This document shows, piece after piece, positions 21,715 through 31,194 of a stretch of 64,000 bases of DNA. Positions within the stretch are counted from its first letter, which is position 1; each line of letters starts with the position of its first letter. The notes under the pieces were generated by a model, which was not told the DNA's origin, did no database searches, and saw nothing but the letters and a program-made list of their open reading frames with translations. The position numbers and the translations under genes were made by a program. Source of the stretch: Planctomycetota bacterium (lineage in GTDB: Bacteria > Planctomycetota > UBA8742 > UBA2392). The DNA is taken from assembly GCA_015075515.1 (NCBI GenBank), contig JABTUE010000004.1, positions 457,119 to 521,118 on the forward strand, in the 5' to 3' direction.

Positions 21715-22055
21715 GGCGGCCTCGCGTCCGGGCGTGACCGTAGCCACCGGCAGAGGTGATGTCAACGCGGGCCGGGGGTTTCAGGGCAGCGAACCGAACG
21801 TGGCGGCCGCCTGACCGGACAGCGTCAGACTGCCTGGCCCGCGGATTGGCTGTAAATCCCCTACGTCCGATAATCGCTCTTATGTTCGGTTAAGGGTCGG
21901 GGGAGGTTTTGGCTTCAAACAGGCTCTGCTGGCGGCTCTGTGGCGCCTTGGCCGTCCAGGCGCGAACCTTGCCGCCCAGTTTGGCCCGGCGTTATCCGTC
22001 CCGGCGCGTTATCATGGCCCGGCCCCATGTTGACCCCGTCCGGAGTCTGCCCGTA

Positions 22056-23264
22056 ATGATTGTGCGCCTGTGTCTGGCCCTGGCTGCCCTCGCCGGCGGC
22101 CTTTCCGCCGCCAACGTGGCGGTCAACCTGTCCGGCACCACCAACCCGGCCTTTGCCAACAAACTGAGCGACAGCGACGTTCAGGTCGTGCGCTTTGTGA
22201 TGCAGGCCTCCGGCGGCGACGTCAACGTCAGCAGCGTCACCCTGACAGTCAGCAACGCGACCCAGGCCGCCGTGGCGTTCACCGGCATCAAGCTGTTCTT
22301 TGATTCCGAACCCAACGGCACGTTTGATCCCGGCGAACAGGTCGGCACCACCCAGACGATTGCCGGCGCTACCGTGACCTTCAACGGCACGTTCACGGTC
22401 AAAAACGGCCTGATTCACGAGTTGCAGGTGCGCGTGGATATCGGGGCGAGCACGGCCGTTTATGGCGAAGCCTTTCAGTTCAGCATTGCCGCCGGCACCG
22501 ACATCGGGTTGCCGGGGGCGCCGACGGACACCGTCAGCGGGGCCTTTCCGTTTACGGGCAACGCCCTGACCATCCGCAACAGCGTCAACCAGCTTGTGCC
22601 CGGCACGGGCAACCCGGCATCGCCGCGCAGCGTCCAGCACGGCAGCCAGAACGTGGCGGCTTTGCAGTTTGCCCTGGACAGCCTTGTGCCGGTGGCGCCG
22701 GGCGAACTGGTGGGTCTTGACCTTCAGTCGCTGGCCATCAGCATTACCACCCAGACCGCCTCGCAGACGGCAGCCGTCAGCGCCCTGGCACTGTGGCAGG
22801 ACGACGGCGACGCGCTGTTTGAACCCGGCAGCGGCGAGGCGCTGATTCTGGCGCGGACTCCGGCCGATCTGGGCAAGTGGACAGCCGCCGGCAACGTGAT
22901 CACCGTGACGTTTGACGGCGCGGCAATCAACGTGCTGCCGACGATTCTGACCGGCCAGGCGCGCACCTTCTGGGTCGGCATCAGTTTTGCCGGCGGGGCC
23001 GATTGCGTGTGCGAGGTCAGTGTCAACCGCAGCAACGTTCAGGGTTCACTGGGCACGGCGGCGGATTTTTTTGTCACCAGCCCGACGGCCATCACCGGCA
23101 ACGTCATTACCGTGGCCAACCTGCCCAAACCGCCCGCCGCCCCCGAGGCCGAAGGCGAGGGCGGCTGCAGCACGGATACCCGTCAGGTGCCGGTATTTGC
23201 GCTGTTAATTGCGGCCGTGGCAGGATTTGCTTCGTTGCGCCGGGCCTTGAAACGTAAGCTTTAA
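22056..23264 (+). CDS. Secreted beta-rich surface protein with a C-terminal sorting tail
   Basis: Signal peptide; two related beta domains (LFFDSEPNGTFDPGE / LWQDDGDALFEPGSGE); ends EGEGGC-TM-RRALKRKL. Confidence 0.75.
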   Translation: MIVRLCLALAALAGGLSAANVAVNLSGTTNPAFANKLSDSDVQVVRFVMQASGGDVNVSSVTLTVSNATQAAVAFTGIKLFFDSEPNGTFDPGEQVGTTQTIAGATVTFNGTFTVKNGLIHELQVRVDIGASTAVYGEAFQFSIAAGTDIGLPGAPTDTVSGAFPFTGNALTIRNSVNQLVPGTGNPASPRSVQHGSQNVAALQFALDSLVPVAPGELVGLDLQSLAISITTQTASQTAAVSALALWQDDGDALFEPGSGEALILARTPADLGKWTAAGNVITVTFDGAAINVLPTILTGQARTFWVGISFAGGADCVCEVSVNRSNVQGSLGTAADFFVTSPTAITGNVITVANLPKPPAAPEAEGEGGCSTDTRQVPVFALLIAAVAGFASLRRALKRKL

Positions 23265-23337
23265 GGCTACAGTGCCACTCATTTGTGTGCCTCTGATACC
23301 TGGTGCGAGCAGGTATGGACACTCTGGAGATGTCCCC

Positions 23338-24309
23338 ATGAAAGCTGTTCTGGCATGGACGGTCCTGGCGGCCGTTCTGGGTGTTTCGTCGGCCCACGCG
23401 CTGGGCGTCGGCGAACAGGCACCCAACTTCAAGTTCGAAAAGGTCTGGAATGCCACCGACAACCAGACCCAGCTTGACGACTACCGCGGCAAACTTGTGC
23501 TCGTGGAGGCCTGGGCTACGTGGTGAGGGCCCTGCATGAGGGGGGTCCCCCATCTCAAGGAACTTTTCACCAAGTACAACGCCCGCGGCTTTGAACTGGT
23601 GGCCGTCAGCAACGAAACCGAAGACAAGATTGCCGGTTTCGTCAACGGCGACAAAAAGCCCAACTACACCGTCGTCCGCTATTCCAAGATTGCCGAGCAA
23701 TACGGCGTCAAGGGCTGGCCCTCCGCCTGGGTGCTGGATGCCAACGGCAAGGTGCTGTGGGCGGATCACTTCATTGACAAGGTCAGCGACGAACAGTGGG
23801 AGAAGTGGCTGGAAAATCTGGCCCCCACCAGGGTGGACAAGACGCTGGCCAAGGAGCTCGGCGGGGCCGTCAAGGCCTTTGACAAGGGCGAAGTCGGCAA
23901 GGCACTGGAAGAATCCCGCAAGGTGGCCGAAACCGCCACGGACGGTGCCGTCAAGGCCGACTGTGAGTACCTGCAGGGTCTTTGCGACAAGCACGTGAAA
24001 CTGCACACGCGCAAGATCGAATCGGCCGGCAGCGACACCGTGGCCAGGGTCAAGGCACTGGAGGACGGCGCGGCCAAACTCAAGGGCAGTGAAATCGGCA
24101 ACAAATGGGACACCGAGGCCAAGGAACTGAAGAAGAGCAAGGAATACAAGGATTGCTCGGCCGCGGCCGAAGAACTGGCCAAACTCAAGCCGCAACTCAA
24201 GGACATGAAGGAATCCAACGCCAAAAAGAAACTGGAAGCCATCGCCAAAAAGTACCCGGACACGCCGGCGGGCAAGGAAGCCGCCGAGCTTGCCAAGGGC
24301 TACAACTAG
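23338..24309 (+). CDS. Exported TlpA/redoxin-family protein, probable selenoprotein (UxxC; in-frame TGA at 23524-23526, codon 63)
   Basis: GGAG RBS; signal peptide; APNF..LDDYRGKLVLVEAWATW-TGA-GPCMRGVPHL continues in the same frame; cis-Pro motif GVKGWPS. Confidence 0.85.
23537..23557 (+). promoter_or_regulatory. Candidate bacterial SECIS hairpin of redoxin 1
   Basis: TGAG-GGG[GGTCC]CCC-AT-CTCA stem-loop starting +11 from the TGA, GT in the apical loop. Confidence 0.5.
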
Positions 24310-24330
24310 CCCGGCACCAGGTGACGTTTC

Positions 24331-24360
24331 ACCGGCCCGGGGTGCGGACCCCGGGCCGGT
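24331..24360 (+). terminator. Hairpin/terminator between the two redoxin genes
   Basis: ACCGGCCCGGGGT-GCGG-ACCCCGGGCCGGT perfect 13-bp stem followed by TCATTTC. Confidence 0.6.
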
Positions 24361-24403
24361 TCATTTCAGGTTTCAACGATCGGTGCGGATCGAAAGGGCA
24401 ACG

Positions 24404-25387
24404 ATGAAAACGCTGGGCATGCTGGTGTTGCTGGCGCTGGCGGCTGTGCCGCTGGCGGCCATGGAAAAGGGCGACGAGGCGCCGAACTTCAGGTTTGAGG
24501 CGCAATGGAACACACTGCCGGGGGCAAAACAGCTTACCGATTACCGCGGCAAAATCGTGTTTCTGGAGATCTGGAAGATCCACTGAGAGCCCTGCATGCG
24601 GTTTCTCCCGCACCTGGTTCAGGTAAACGAGAAATATCGCGACAAGGGTGTTGAAATCATCATGGCCACCGACGTGGACAAGGCCGACGCCCTGGCCAAG
24701 TTCGTGGCCGAAAAGGGCCTGAAGCTTGGCGTGGCGCGCGTGCCTGATGTGTACAAGCTGGTCAAGGCCAGCGGCTACCCCACTTCCTACGGCATTGATG
24801 TGGACGGCCGGTGCATCTGGCGCGGCCACCCGCAGGGCCTGAACGACACGCTGGTGGACGGCTGGCTGAAGGACATGCGCGCGCCGAAACTGCCGCGCGA
24901 GCTGGCGGCACAACTGGCCGGCGCGGCCCAGCACTACAACGCCGGCAAGTATGGCTCGGCGCTGGAGGCCGCAGGCAAGCTGCTCAAGCACAAGGACGAA
25001 AAGGTCAAGGCCGACGCGCAGTATCTGGCCGACATCCTGCAGGGCCGCGCCGACATGTACAAAGCCGCCGCGGAGCAGTTCAAAAAAGACGGCTACCACG
25101 ACAAGCTGGCCGATGTGCTGGAACTGGCCGCGTCGGAGTTTGACGACGACTTCGGCAAGGACAGCGGCAAGGAAGCCAAAAAGGTCAAGGGCACCAAGGC
25201 CTACAAGGCCTGCGTGGAAGCCCGCGAGGAACTGGCAACGTTGAAGGAAACGCTCAAGGGCAAGAAGGGCGACGACCGCGCCAAGGCCGTGGACAAGTTC
25301 AAAAAGGACCACGGCGAAACGCCCTACGGCAAGGAGGCCGAGGAACTTCGCGCCGAGCCCAAGGAACCGGGCAAAGACGGCCATTGA
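24404..25387 (+). CDS. Second exported TlpA/redoxin paralog, probable selenoprotein (UxxC; in-frame TGA at 24584-24586, codon 61)
   Basis: Signal peptide; APNF..LTDYRGKIVFLEIWKIH-TGA-EPCMRFLPHL in frame; GYPTSY cis-Pro motif; collinear with redoxin 1. Confidence 0.83.
24597..24624 (+). promoter_or_regulatory. Candidate SECIS region of redoxin 2
   Basis: TGCGG-TTTCTC-CCGCA stem starting +11 from the TGA, then ACCTG-GTT-CAGGT. Confidence 0.4.
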
Positions 25388-25400
25388 AGCGGCCGGCAGT

Positions 25401-25436
25401 CAAAGGGCACGGCCGGCGCCGTGCCCTTTGTGTTTT
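25401..25436 (+). terminator. Rho-independent terminator after redoxin 2
   Basis: CAAAGGGCACGGC-CGGC-GCCGTGCCCTTTG followed by TGTTTT. Confidence 0.8.
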
Positions 25437-25467
25437 CGCGCATCCCCCACTGTGGTAAGTTCGGGCC

Positions 25468-26109
25468 ATGCTGAAATTGAACGCGATTGAGCGCCGCGTG
25501 CTGGGCACGCTGCTGGAAAAGTGGCTGACCACGCCGCAGAACTACCCGCTTTCACTGAACGCCCTGACCAACGGCTGCAACCAGAAATCCGCCCGCGACC
25601 CGGAAACCAGCTACACCGAGCAGCAAGTGCTGGAGACCTGCCAGGCGCTGAAGCGCCGCAGCCTGGTCACCGAGTTTTTCGGTTCCTCGGCCCGCGTCAG
25701 CAAGTTCGAGGAAGCCCTGAGCGTGCACCTGGAACTGGGCAAGGAACAGGCCGCCGTGATCGCTGAACTTCTGCTGCGCGGCCCGCAAAGCGAGGGTGAA
25801 CTGCGCCAGCGCGCCGGACGCATGGCGCCGATTGCCGATCTGGCAACCCTGCACAGCCTGCTGGAACAACTGGGCACGCGCCCCGAACCGCTGGTACGGC
25901 GGCTGTCTGACCCCACGCGCTCGCGCGGCGTGCGCTGGAGCCACACCCTGTACGCCGACGGCGAAGAACCGGCTGACCTGCCTGAGTCCCCCGCCGCGTC
26001 CCAGGGCTACTCCCCCACCACCCCGGCGCTGGAAGAGCGCCTGGCGCAACTGGAGGCCCGCGTGGCCGAACTGGAACGCCAGCTCGGCGTGCGGCCCCCA
26101 GCCCACTGA
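25468..26109 (+). CDS. DUF480/YceH family protein
   Basis: RVLGTLLEK..TTP..YPLSLNALTNGCNQKSARDP; LLLRGPQSEGELR. Confidence 0.9.
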   Translation: MLKLNAIERRVLGTLLEKWLTTPQNYPLSLNALTNGCNQKSARDPETSYTEQQVLETCQALKRRSLVTEFFGSSARVSKFEEALSVHLELGKEQAAVIAELLLRGPQSEGELRQRAGRMAPIADLATLHSLLEQLGTRPEPLVRRLSDPTRSRGVRWSHTLYADGEEPADLPESPAASQGYSPTTPALEERLAQLEARVAELERQLGVRPPAH

Positions 26110-26183
26110 CCGGCGATTCCAAACACCTGGCGCGGGCGTAATCGCATCCGGCGCGGCGCTGGGTACACTTCACGCGGGAGACC

Positions 26184-26858
26184 GTGATGAGATTCCGAAT
26201 CGGGCGCCGCCGTACCTCGTCGCCGTTGGGTGTTCTGGTGTTCGGCATCGTCGCCGGCATTGTCTGCGTCGTGATGTGGGTCCAGTCCTTTGCAGGCGAC
26301 GACGACTGGGCCGCGCGCGGGCGCAACGTGCCGGCCAGCGTGATCGGCGCGCGTTCTGACCCGCGCGGGGCAGGCACCCGGATGCTGACCGTTCAGTACG
26401 AAACCGCGCCCGGTTCCACCGTGCGGCTGGAAACGGCTGTTTCGGCTTCAACCTACAACCGTTACGCGCGGGCCAGCGGCGACGCGCCCCTGCCCGCGAC
26501 TGTGGTGCTGGAAGACAACGGCAGCGGACGCTGGAAGCTGGCCGACGAAGTGTCGTCGCGATCCAAAACACCGGCGGGCTTGCCGCCAATTGCCGTGCTG
26601 TTGCTCGGTCTGGTGTTCTTTGGCATGGCCGCGGCCTCGGGCGTGTTCATCTACCGCAACCGTCACGCCGGGGTGCTGGCGATGCTGTCGCCGGGCTTTG
26701 AACCGCGCCTTGGCCCCGGCCCGGCGCCGGGCGGGCCGGGCCCGCGCGTGGTCATGCCGCCCCGGCCCATGCCGCCGGGTCCGGGCCAGGACTACTCGCC
26801 GCCGCCGGGGCCCAACCAGGGGTTCCCGCCGCCTCCACCGGGGTTCCCGCGCATATAG
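26184..26858 (+). CDS. Hypothetical two-TM membrane protein with a Pro-rich C-terminus
   Basis: Two hydrophobic segments flanking a soluble domain; poly-Pro tail; GGGAG upstream. Confidence 0.65.
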   Translation: MMRFRIGRRRTSSPLGVLVFGIVAGIVCVVMWVQSFAGDDDWAARGRNVPASVIGARSDPRGAGTRMLTVQYETAPGSTVRLETAVSASTYNRYARASGDAPLPATVVLEDNGSGRWKLADEVSSRSKTPAGLPPIAVLLLGLVFFGMAAASGVFIYRNRHAGVLAMLSPGFEPRLGPGPAPGGPGPRVVMPPRPMPPGPGQDYSPPPGPNQGFPPPPPGFPRI

Positions 26859-26864
26859 CCCGCG

Positions 26865-28682
26865 TTATGCCCGCACCCAGCGAAAGCCCTGGGGTGTGTC
26901 TTCAAGGTTCACGCCGCGGCGCTTCAAATCATCGCGCACGGCGTCGGCCAGCTTGAAGTCTCTGGCCTTGCGGGCGTTCTGGCGGATTGCCACGAACAGC
27001 TCGATCATCGCCGCGTCCAGTGATTCCACGGGTGCCAGTTCCTCAAACGCGGGCAACTGGCCGGCCTCGATGCGCTCCCACAGTGCCTCGCGGTCGGGCG
27101 CTTCGGCCCAGTGCTTCAACAGATCGGCCTTGGCGCGCAGCGTCTGCGGGTCAAGCCACGCCTGGGCCTGTTCGCGCGTGACAACCCCGCTGCGCTCGGT
27201 GCGGTCCAGCACGTCCAGCACTTCGTCAAACGCCTCCATCAGCCGCAGGGCTTCGCGCGCCTCGGCGGGGCCGAGTTCCATGCTGTTGAGTTCACCCACG
27301 GCCTTGAACACGGCGGCCAGGGCGTTGGGCGTGTTCAGGTTGTCGTTCAGGGCGTCGTCGAACTCGGTTTCGGCGCGGTTGACCAGTTCCAGCACGCGGT
27401 CAGAGGCCACGCCGCTGGTGTCGGCGCTGTCCCCCACCGCCTCGCGCAGACGGTCATAGCGCGTCTGGATGCGCTCCACGCCCGCGCGCGCGGCGGCCAG
27501 AGACTCCAGGCTGAAGTTCATGGGCTGGGTGTACTGGTTGGCAATCAGCGCAAAGCGCAGCACGCTGGCCGGCACGCGGCCGCCGGCAAAACCGAGTTTC
27601 TCCAGCTCTGCCGCCAGTTCCGCCCGGCCTTCCCGGCGCGGGTCCAGCAGGTCCTTGACGGTAAAAAACGTGCCGTCGCGCTTGGACATCTTGCGGTTGT
27701 TGACCAGCAGAAAGCGCCCGTGCACCCAGTAGCGCGCAAAGGTCTTGCGCTGGCTGCCTTCGTCGGGTGCGCCGTGCGGCCCGTGCACGCAGGTCCTGTA
27801 GGCGCCATAGCTCTGGGCGATTTCACACTCGTGGTGCGGAAAGATGTTGTCTTCGCCCCCGGTGTGAATGTCTATCGTGTGGCCCAGGTGCGCGCGCGAC
27901 ATGGCGCTGCATTCGATGTGCCAGCCGGGAAACCCGGCCCTGATGCGTTTGTCGGCGCCCTCGGGCAGAAGTTCGCGGTAGCGTTTCCAGTCCTGCGGGT
28001 CCCAGCCCTTTTCGCTGTGCGGGTCCCACTGCATCAGGTGTTTGGCGTCCACCTTCCACAGGGCAAAGTCGCGCGGGTCGCGCTTTTCGTCGCGCACCCC
28101 GACGCGCGCCCCGGCCTCCAGTTCGTCAATCACCTTGCCCGACAACCGGCCGTATTCGGGAAACTTGCCGACCTCAAAGTAGACCTCGCCGCTGTCCACC
28201 ACATAGGCAAAGCCCTGTTCCAGCAGCTTCTGGATCGCGTGCAGCATCTCGGGGATGTGCCGGGTGGCGCGCGGGTGCAGCGCCGGGTCGCCGGCCTCGC
28301 CGCCCTGGTAAACCTTCAGCCGCAGGGCGCGGGCGTCCTGGGCAAAGGCCTGTTCGAAGTGCAGCGCCACCTTGAACGGGTCACTGCCCAGTTTGCGCGC
28401 GGCCACGGCCAGCTTGTCTTCGCCGCCGGCGTCAGCCAGGTGATCTTCGGTCATGTGGCCGACATCGGTGATATTCATGACCTGGCGCACCTCGTAGCCG
28501 TTGCGTTCAAGGGTGCGGCGCAGAATGTCGGCAAACAGAAAGCTGCGGAAATTGCCGATGTGCACGTAGTTGTAGACCGTCGGGCCGCAGGTGTACATCG
28601 TCACGCGCTGGCCGTGCGGATCCAGCGGCTGGAAGACCTCCAGGCGCTTGCTGTACGTGTTTTTCAGCTTCAGCACGGACAT
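26865..28682 (-). CDS. cysS: Cysteine--tRNA ligase (with insertions)
   Basis: [49 protein letters not shown]. Confidence 0.96.
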   Translation of the reverse strand: MSVLKLKNTYSKRLEVFQPLDPHGQRVTMYTCGPTVYNYVHIGNFRSFLFADILRRTLERNGYEVRQVMNITDVGHMTEDHLADAGGEDKLAVAARKLGSDPFKVALHFEQAFAQDARALRLKVYQGGEAGDPALHPRATRHIPEMLHAIQKLLEQGFAYVVDSGEVYFEVGKFPEYGRLSGKVIDELEAGARVGVRDEKRDPRDFALWKVDAKHLMQWDPHSEKGWDPQDWKRYRELLPEGADKRIRAGFPGWHIECSAMSRAHLGHTIDIHTGGEDNIFPHHECEIAQSYGAYRTCVHGPHGAPDEGSQRKTFARYWVHGRFLLVNNRKMSKRDGTFFTVKDLLDPRREGRAELAAELEKLGFAGGRVPASVLRFALIANQYTQPMNFSLESLAAARAGVERIQTRYDRLREAVGDSADTSGVASDRVLELVNRAETEFDDALNDNLNTPNALAAVFKAVGELNSMELGPAEAREALRLMEAFDEVLDVLDRTERSGVVTREQAQAWLDPQTLRAKADLLKHWAEAPDREALWERIEAGQLPAFEELAPVESLDAAMIELFVAIRQNARKARDFKLADAVRDDLKRRGVNLEDTPQGFRWVRA

Positions 28683-28693
28683 GGTGGTTCCGG

Positions 28694-29194
28694 TCAGGCC
28701 TCGCGCTCGGCGCGGGAGGCGCGCGCCCGTTTCAGCAGCACCACCGCCTGGGTGGCAATGGCGTCTTTCCTGCCCACGGCGTCAAAGCCTTCGTTGGTTT
28801 TGGCTTTCACGTTCACGCGGTCGGTGTCCAGTTCCAGCAGCGTCGCGATGCGCGATTCCATCTGGTGCTTGTAGGGCTTGAGTCTGGGCGCCTGGGCGAT
28901 CACGTTGCAGTCCACGTTTTCGACTTCCCAGCCGCGCCGGCGCACCAGCCCCACGGCGTGCTTGAGCAGCACGGCACTGTCGGCGTCCTTGTACTTCCTG
29001 TCGGTGTCAGGAAAGTGCTCGCCGATGTCGCCCAGTCCCGCCGCACCCAGCAGCGCGTCAATGATCGCGTGCAGCAGCGGGTCGCCATCAGAATGTCCGA
29101 CACAGCCGCGCTCGTGCGGCACGTGCACACCGCCAAGCATCAGCTTGCGGCCTTCCGCCAGGGCATGAATGTCGTATCCGATGCCGACGCGCAT
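28694..29194 (-). CDS. ispF: 2-C-methyl-D-erythritol 2,4-cyclodiphosphate synthase
   Basis: MRVGIGYDIH, GHSDGD, GDIGEHFPD, VNVKAKT. Confidence 0.96.
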   Translation of the reverse strand: MRVGIGYDIHALAEGRKLMLGGVHVPHERGCVGHSDGDPLLHAIIDALLGAAGLGDIGEHFPDTDRKYKDADSAVLLKHAVGLVRRRGWEVENVDCNVIAQAPRLKPYKHQMESRIATLLELDTDRVNVKAKTNEGFDAVGRKDAIATQAVVLLKRARASRAEREA

Positions 29195-29290
29195 GACCGG
29201 ACTTTGCCTTTCGCCGGCGCGTTCGTCGAGCCGGGTCTGTACCCGGTGTACCGGCCACAAAGGCTGGGTATGCTGCGGGCCGAGGATACC

Positions 29291-30007
29291 ATGCCCTTTC
29301 AACACACCTTTGGCGACGGTGCCAGCGACTACGAGAAATACATCCGCACCCAGGAACTCTACAAGCTTCAGAAACCTCCCGAACAATGGGCCAACGAAGA
29401 AGAGTTGCTGTTTCAGGTTGTCCACCAGGCCATGGAACTGTGGCTCAAGGTCGTGATCCAGCACCTGGAACAGTCCGTGCTGTGGATCGGCGCGGGCAAC
29501 CTGCACGAGGCCGCGCGCTTTCTGAACCGCAACGCCGCGATCCTGCACTGGCTGGCCGACAGCCTGGAGTTCCCGCGCAGCATGGCGCCCTGGGATTACC
29601 ACAAGATCCGCATGGGTCTGGGCAAAGGCAGCGGTCAGGAAAGCCCGACCTACAAGGCCCTGCACAAGGCCGTGCCGCCGGTTCTGGCGGCATTTGAATC
29701 ACTGCTGAAGCAGCGCAAGGTGACACTGGACCAGATTCACCAGGACCGCGCGCGCCACCAGGAGCTGTACGATTTGATGTGGGCCATGCACCAGTTTGAT
29801 CAGGAACTGCAACACTGGAAGTACCGCCACTTCCACGTGGTCAAGCGCATCATCGGTGACGCCGTCATGAGCCTAAAGGGCGTGCCCGCCAGCAGCCTGG
29901 AAAAGACCACCCACGAGGCCCAGTTTCCCGAACTGTGGGCTGTCATCAACCGCACCACCAACGCCTACAACGAAAAATACCGGCCCCAGGGCGGCGCCTA
30001 CCAGTAA
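29291..30007 (+). CDS. Tryptophan 2,3-dioxygenase family protein
   Basis: DYEKYI..L..LQ, ELLFQVVHQAMELWLK, GSGQES, WKYRH..VKRIIG, FPELW. Confidence 0.85.
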   Translation: MPFQHTFGDGASDYEKYIRTQELYKLQKPPEQWANEEELLFQVVHQAMELWLKVVIQHLEQSVLWIGAGNLHEAARFLNRNAAILHWLADSLEFPRSMAPWDYHKIRMGLGKGSGQESPTYKALHKAVPPVLAAFESLLKQRKVTLDQIHQDRARHQELYDLMWAMHQFDQELQHWKYRHFHVVKRIIGDAVMSLKGVPASSLEKTTHEAQFPELWAVINRTTNAYNEKYRPQGGAYQ

Positions 30008-30633
30008 TGCTGCACGTCGCCGCCTACATCGAGGCCGCCGCGGGCTCGGGCCAGGACCGCATCCTGTGGCTGGAAGGCGACGACCTGATCGGCGTGGCGC
30101 TGGCCGACGGCATGGGCGGCATGGGCGGCGGCACACTCGCCGCCGAATCGGCCGTGCAGTACGCGCTGGAGGCCATGAACGAAGCCCCGGGACTGATTGT
30201 GGCCTCGCAATGGCCGGAGCTGTTCTGGCGTCTGGACCGCCGCGTGAACACCACGCGCGAGGCCGGCGAAACCACGCTGGTGGCTCTGGAAACCGACGGG
30301 CGACTGGTGTGCGGCGCCAGTTGCGGCGATTCCGGGGCCTGGCTGGTGGCCGGCGACAGGGTGGTGAACCTGACCGAACACCAGATGCGCAAGCCGCTGG
30401 TGGGCAGCGGCCAGGCCGACCCGGTGTCGTTCACGGCGGAACTGGGGGACGGGCTGCTGCTGGTGGCCAGTGACGGACTGTTCCGGTACACCGGCGCGCG
30501 GAATATCTGTGAAACAGTCAGGCGGGTTCCCTTGCCCGATTTGCCCAGGGCGCTGGTAGACTTGGTGCGCCTGAAATCAGGCAGACTGCAGGACGACGTG
30601 GCCGTGTTTGTGGCGGGCCGGCCGCCACAGTAA
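30007..30633 (+). CDS. PP2C-family protein phosphatase
   Basis: GQD, ALADGMGG, GETT, CGDSGA, ASDGL, QDD; TAATG overlap with the upstream stop. Confidence 0.85.
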   Translation: MLHVAAYIEAAAGSGQDRILWLEGDDLIGVALADGMGGMGGGTLAAESAVQYALEAMNEAPGLIVASQWPELFWRLDRRVNTTREAGETTLVALETDGRLVCGASCGDSGAWLVAGDRVVNLTEHQMRKPLVGSGQADPVSFTAELGDGLLLVASDGLFRYTGARNICETVRRVPLPDLPRALVDLVRLKSGRLQDDVAVFVAGRPPQ

Positions 30634-30646
30634 ACGGGGGAAAGCC

Positions 30647-30856
30647 ATGAACAAGATGGGCGGGGTCGTCATCATGCTGGTCGGGGTTGTGGTGATCGCG
30701 CTGGCGATCTTTGATGTCATGGGTGGCGGCGGCGCCACGCCGGACATGAAAATCGGCGGCTGGCCGCCGGTACGGCAGGCGGTGCTGTCACTGGGCGGGG
30801 TAATCACGCTGGCCGGCTGCTACATGGTGATCAAGAAGCCGGCCAAAAAGAAATGA
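30647..30856 (+). CDS. Small two-TM membrane protein
   Basis: Two hydrophobic helices, basic C-terminus. Confidence 0.6.
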   Translation: MNKMGGVVIMLVGVVVIALAIFDVMGGGGATPDMKIGGWPPVRQAVLSLGGVITLAGCYMVIKKPAKKK

Positions 30857-30870
30857 CCTGAAGTGACATC

Positions 30871-31089
30871 ATGACAAAGAAAACCGGCCTGATCGTCCTG
30901 TTGCTGGGCGTTGCCCTCGTTGTGGCGGCGTTGCTGGATCTGTTTGGCATGAGCAGCGGCTTCAATCTTGACCTTGGCGACCTGGGCGGATTCCGCAAAT
31001 GGCCCACGGAGCGCTATGCCCTGCTGGGCGTGGGCGTGCTGCTGGCCTGTCTGGGTGGCTACAACATCCGCAGGAAGGGCAGGAAGTAG
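30871..31089 (+). CDS. Small two-TM membrane protein, likely paralog of 30647-30856
   Basis: Same architecture with shared D..G and WPxxR before TM2. Confidence 0.6.
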   Translation: MTKKTGLIVLLLGVALVVAALLDLFGMSSGFNLDLGDLGGFRKWPTERYALLGVGVLLACLGGYNIRRKGRK

Positions 31090-31194
31090 GCCCTCTGTAC
31101 AGAGAGGCGACCGCATGCGCGCGCTGGCCCGAACATCCTTGATCCATCCCGCGTGGCGCATCTCTTTCCGCCGCTCGCGCTACGCCTGATTGCC

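Noticed and set aside
23272-24586. Treating ORF-track entries 23272-23526, 23536-24309, 24290-24586 and 24596-25387 as four separate genes or as pseudogenes
   Set aside because: Each pair is in one frame and joins into a complete redoxin fold with no other lesions.
23338-25387. Genome-wide TGA reassignment (genetic code 4 or 25) as the explanation for the in-frame TGAs
   Set aside because: Many genes here end at TGA at their expected C-termini (e.g. rimO, hisS, yceH-like), and the only in-frame TGAs I found sit at a catalytic Cys column.
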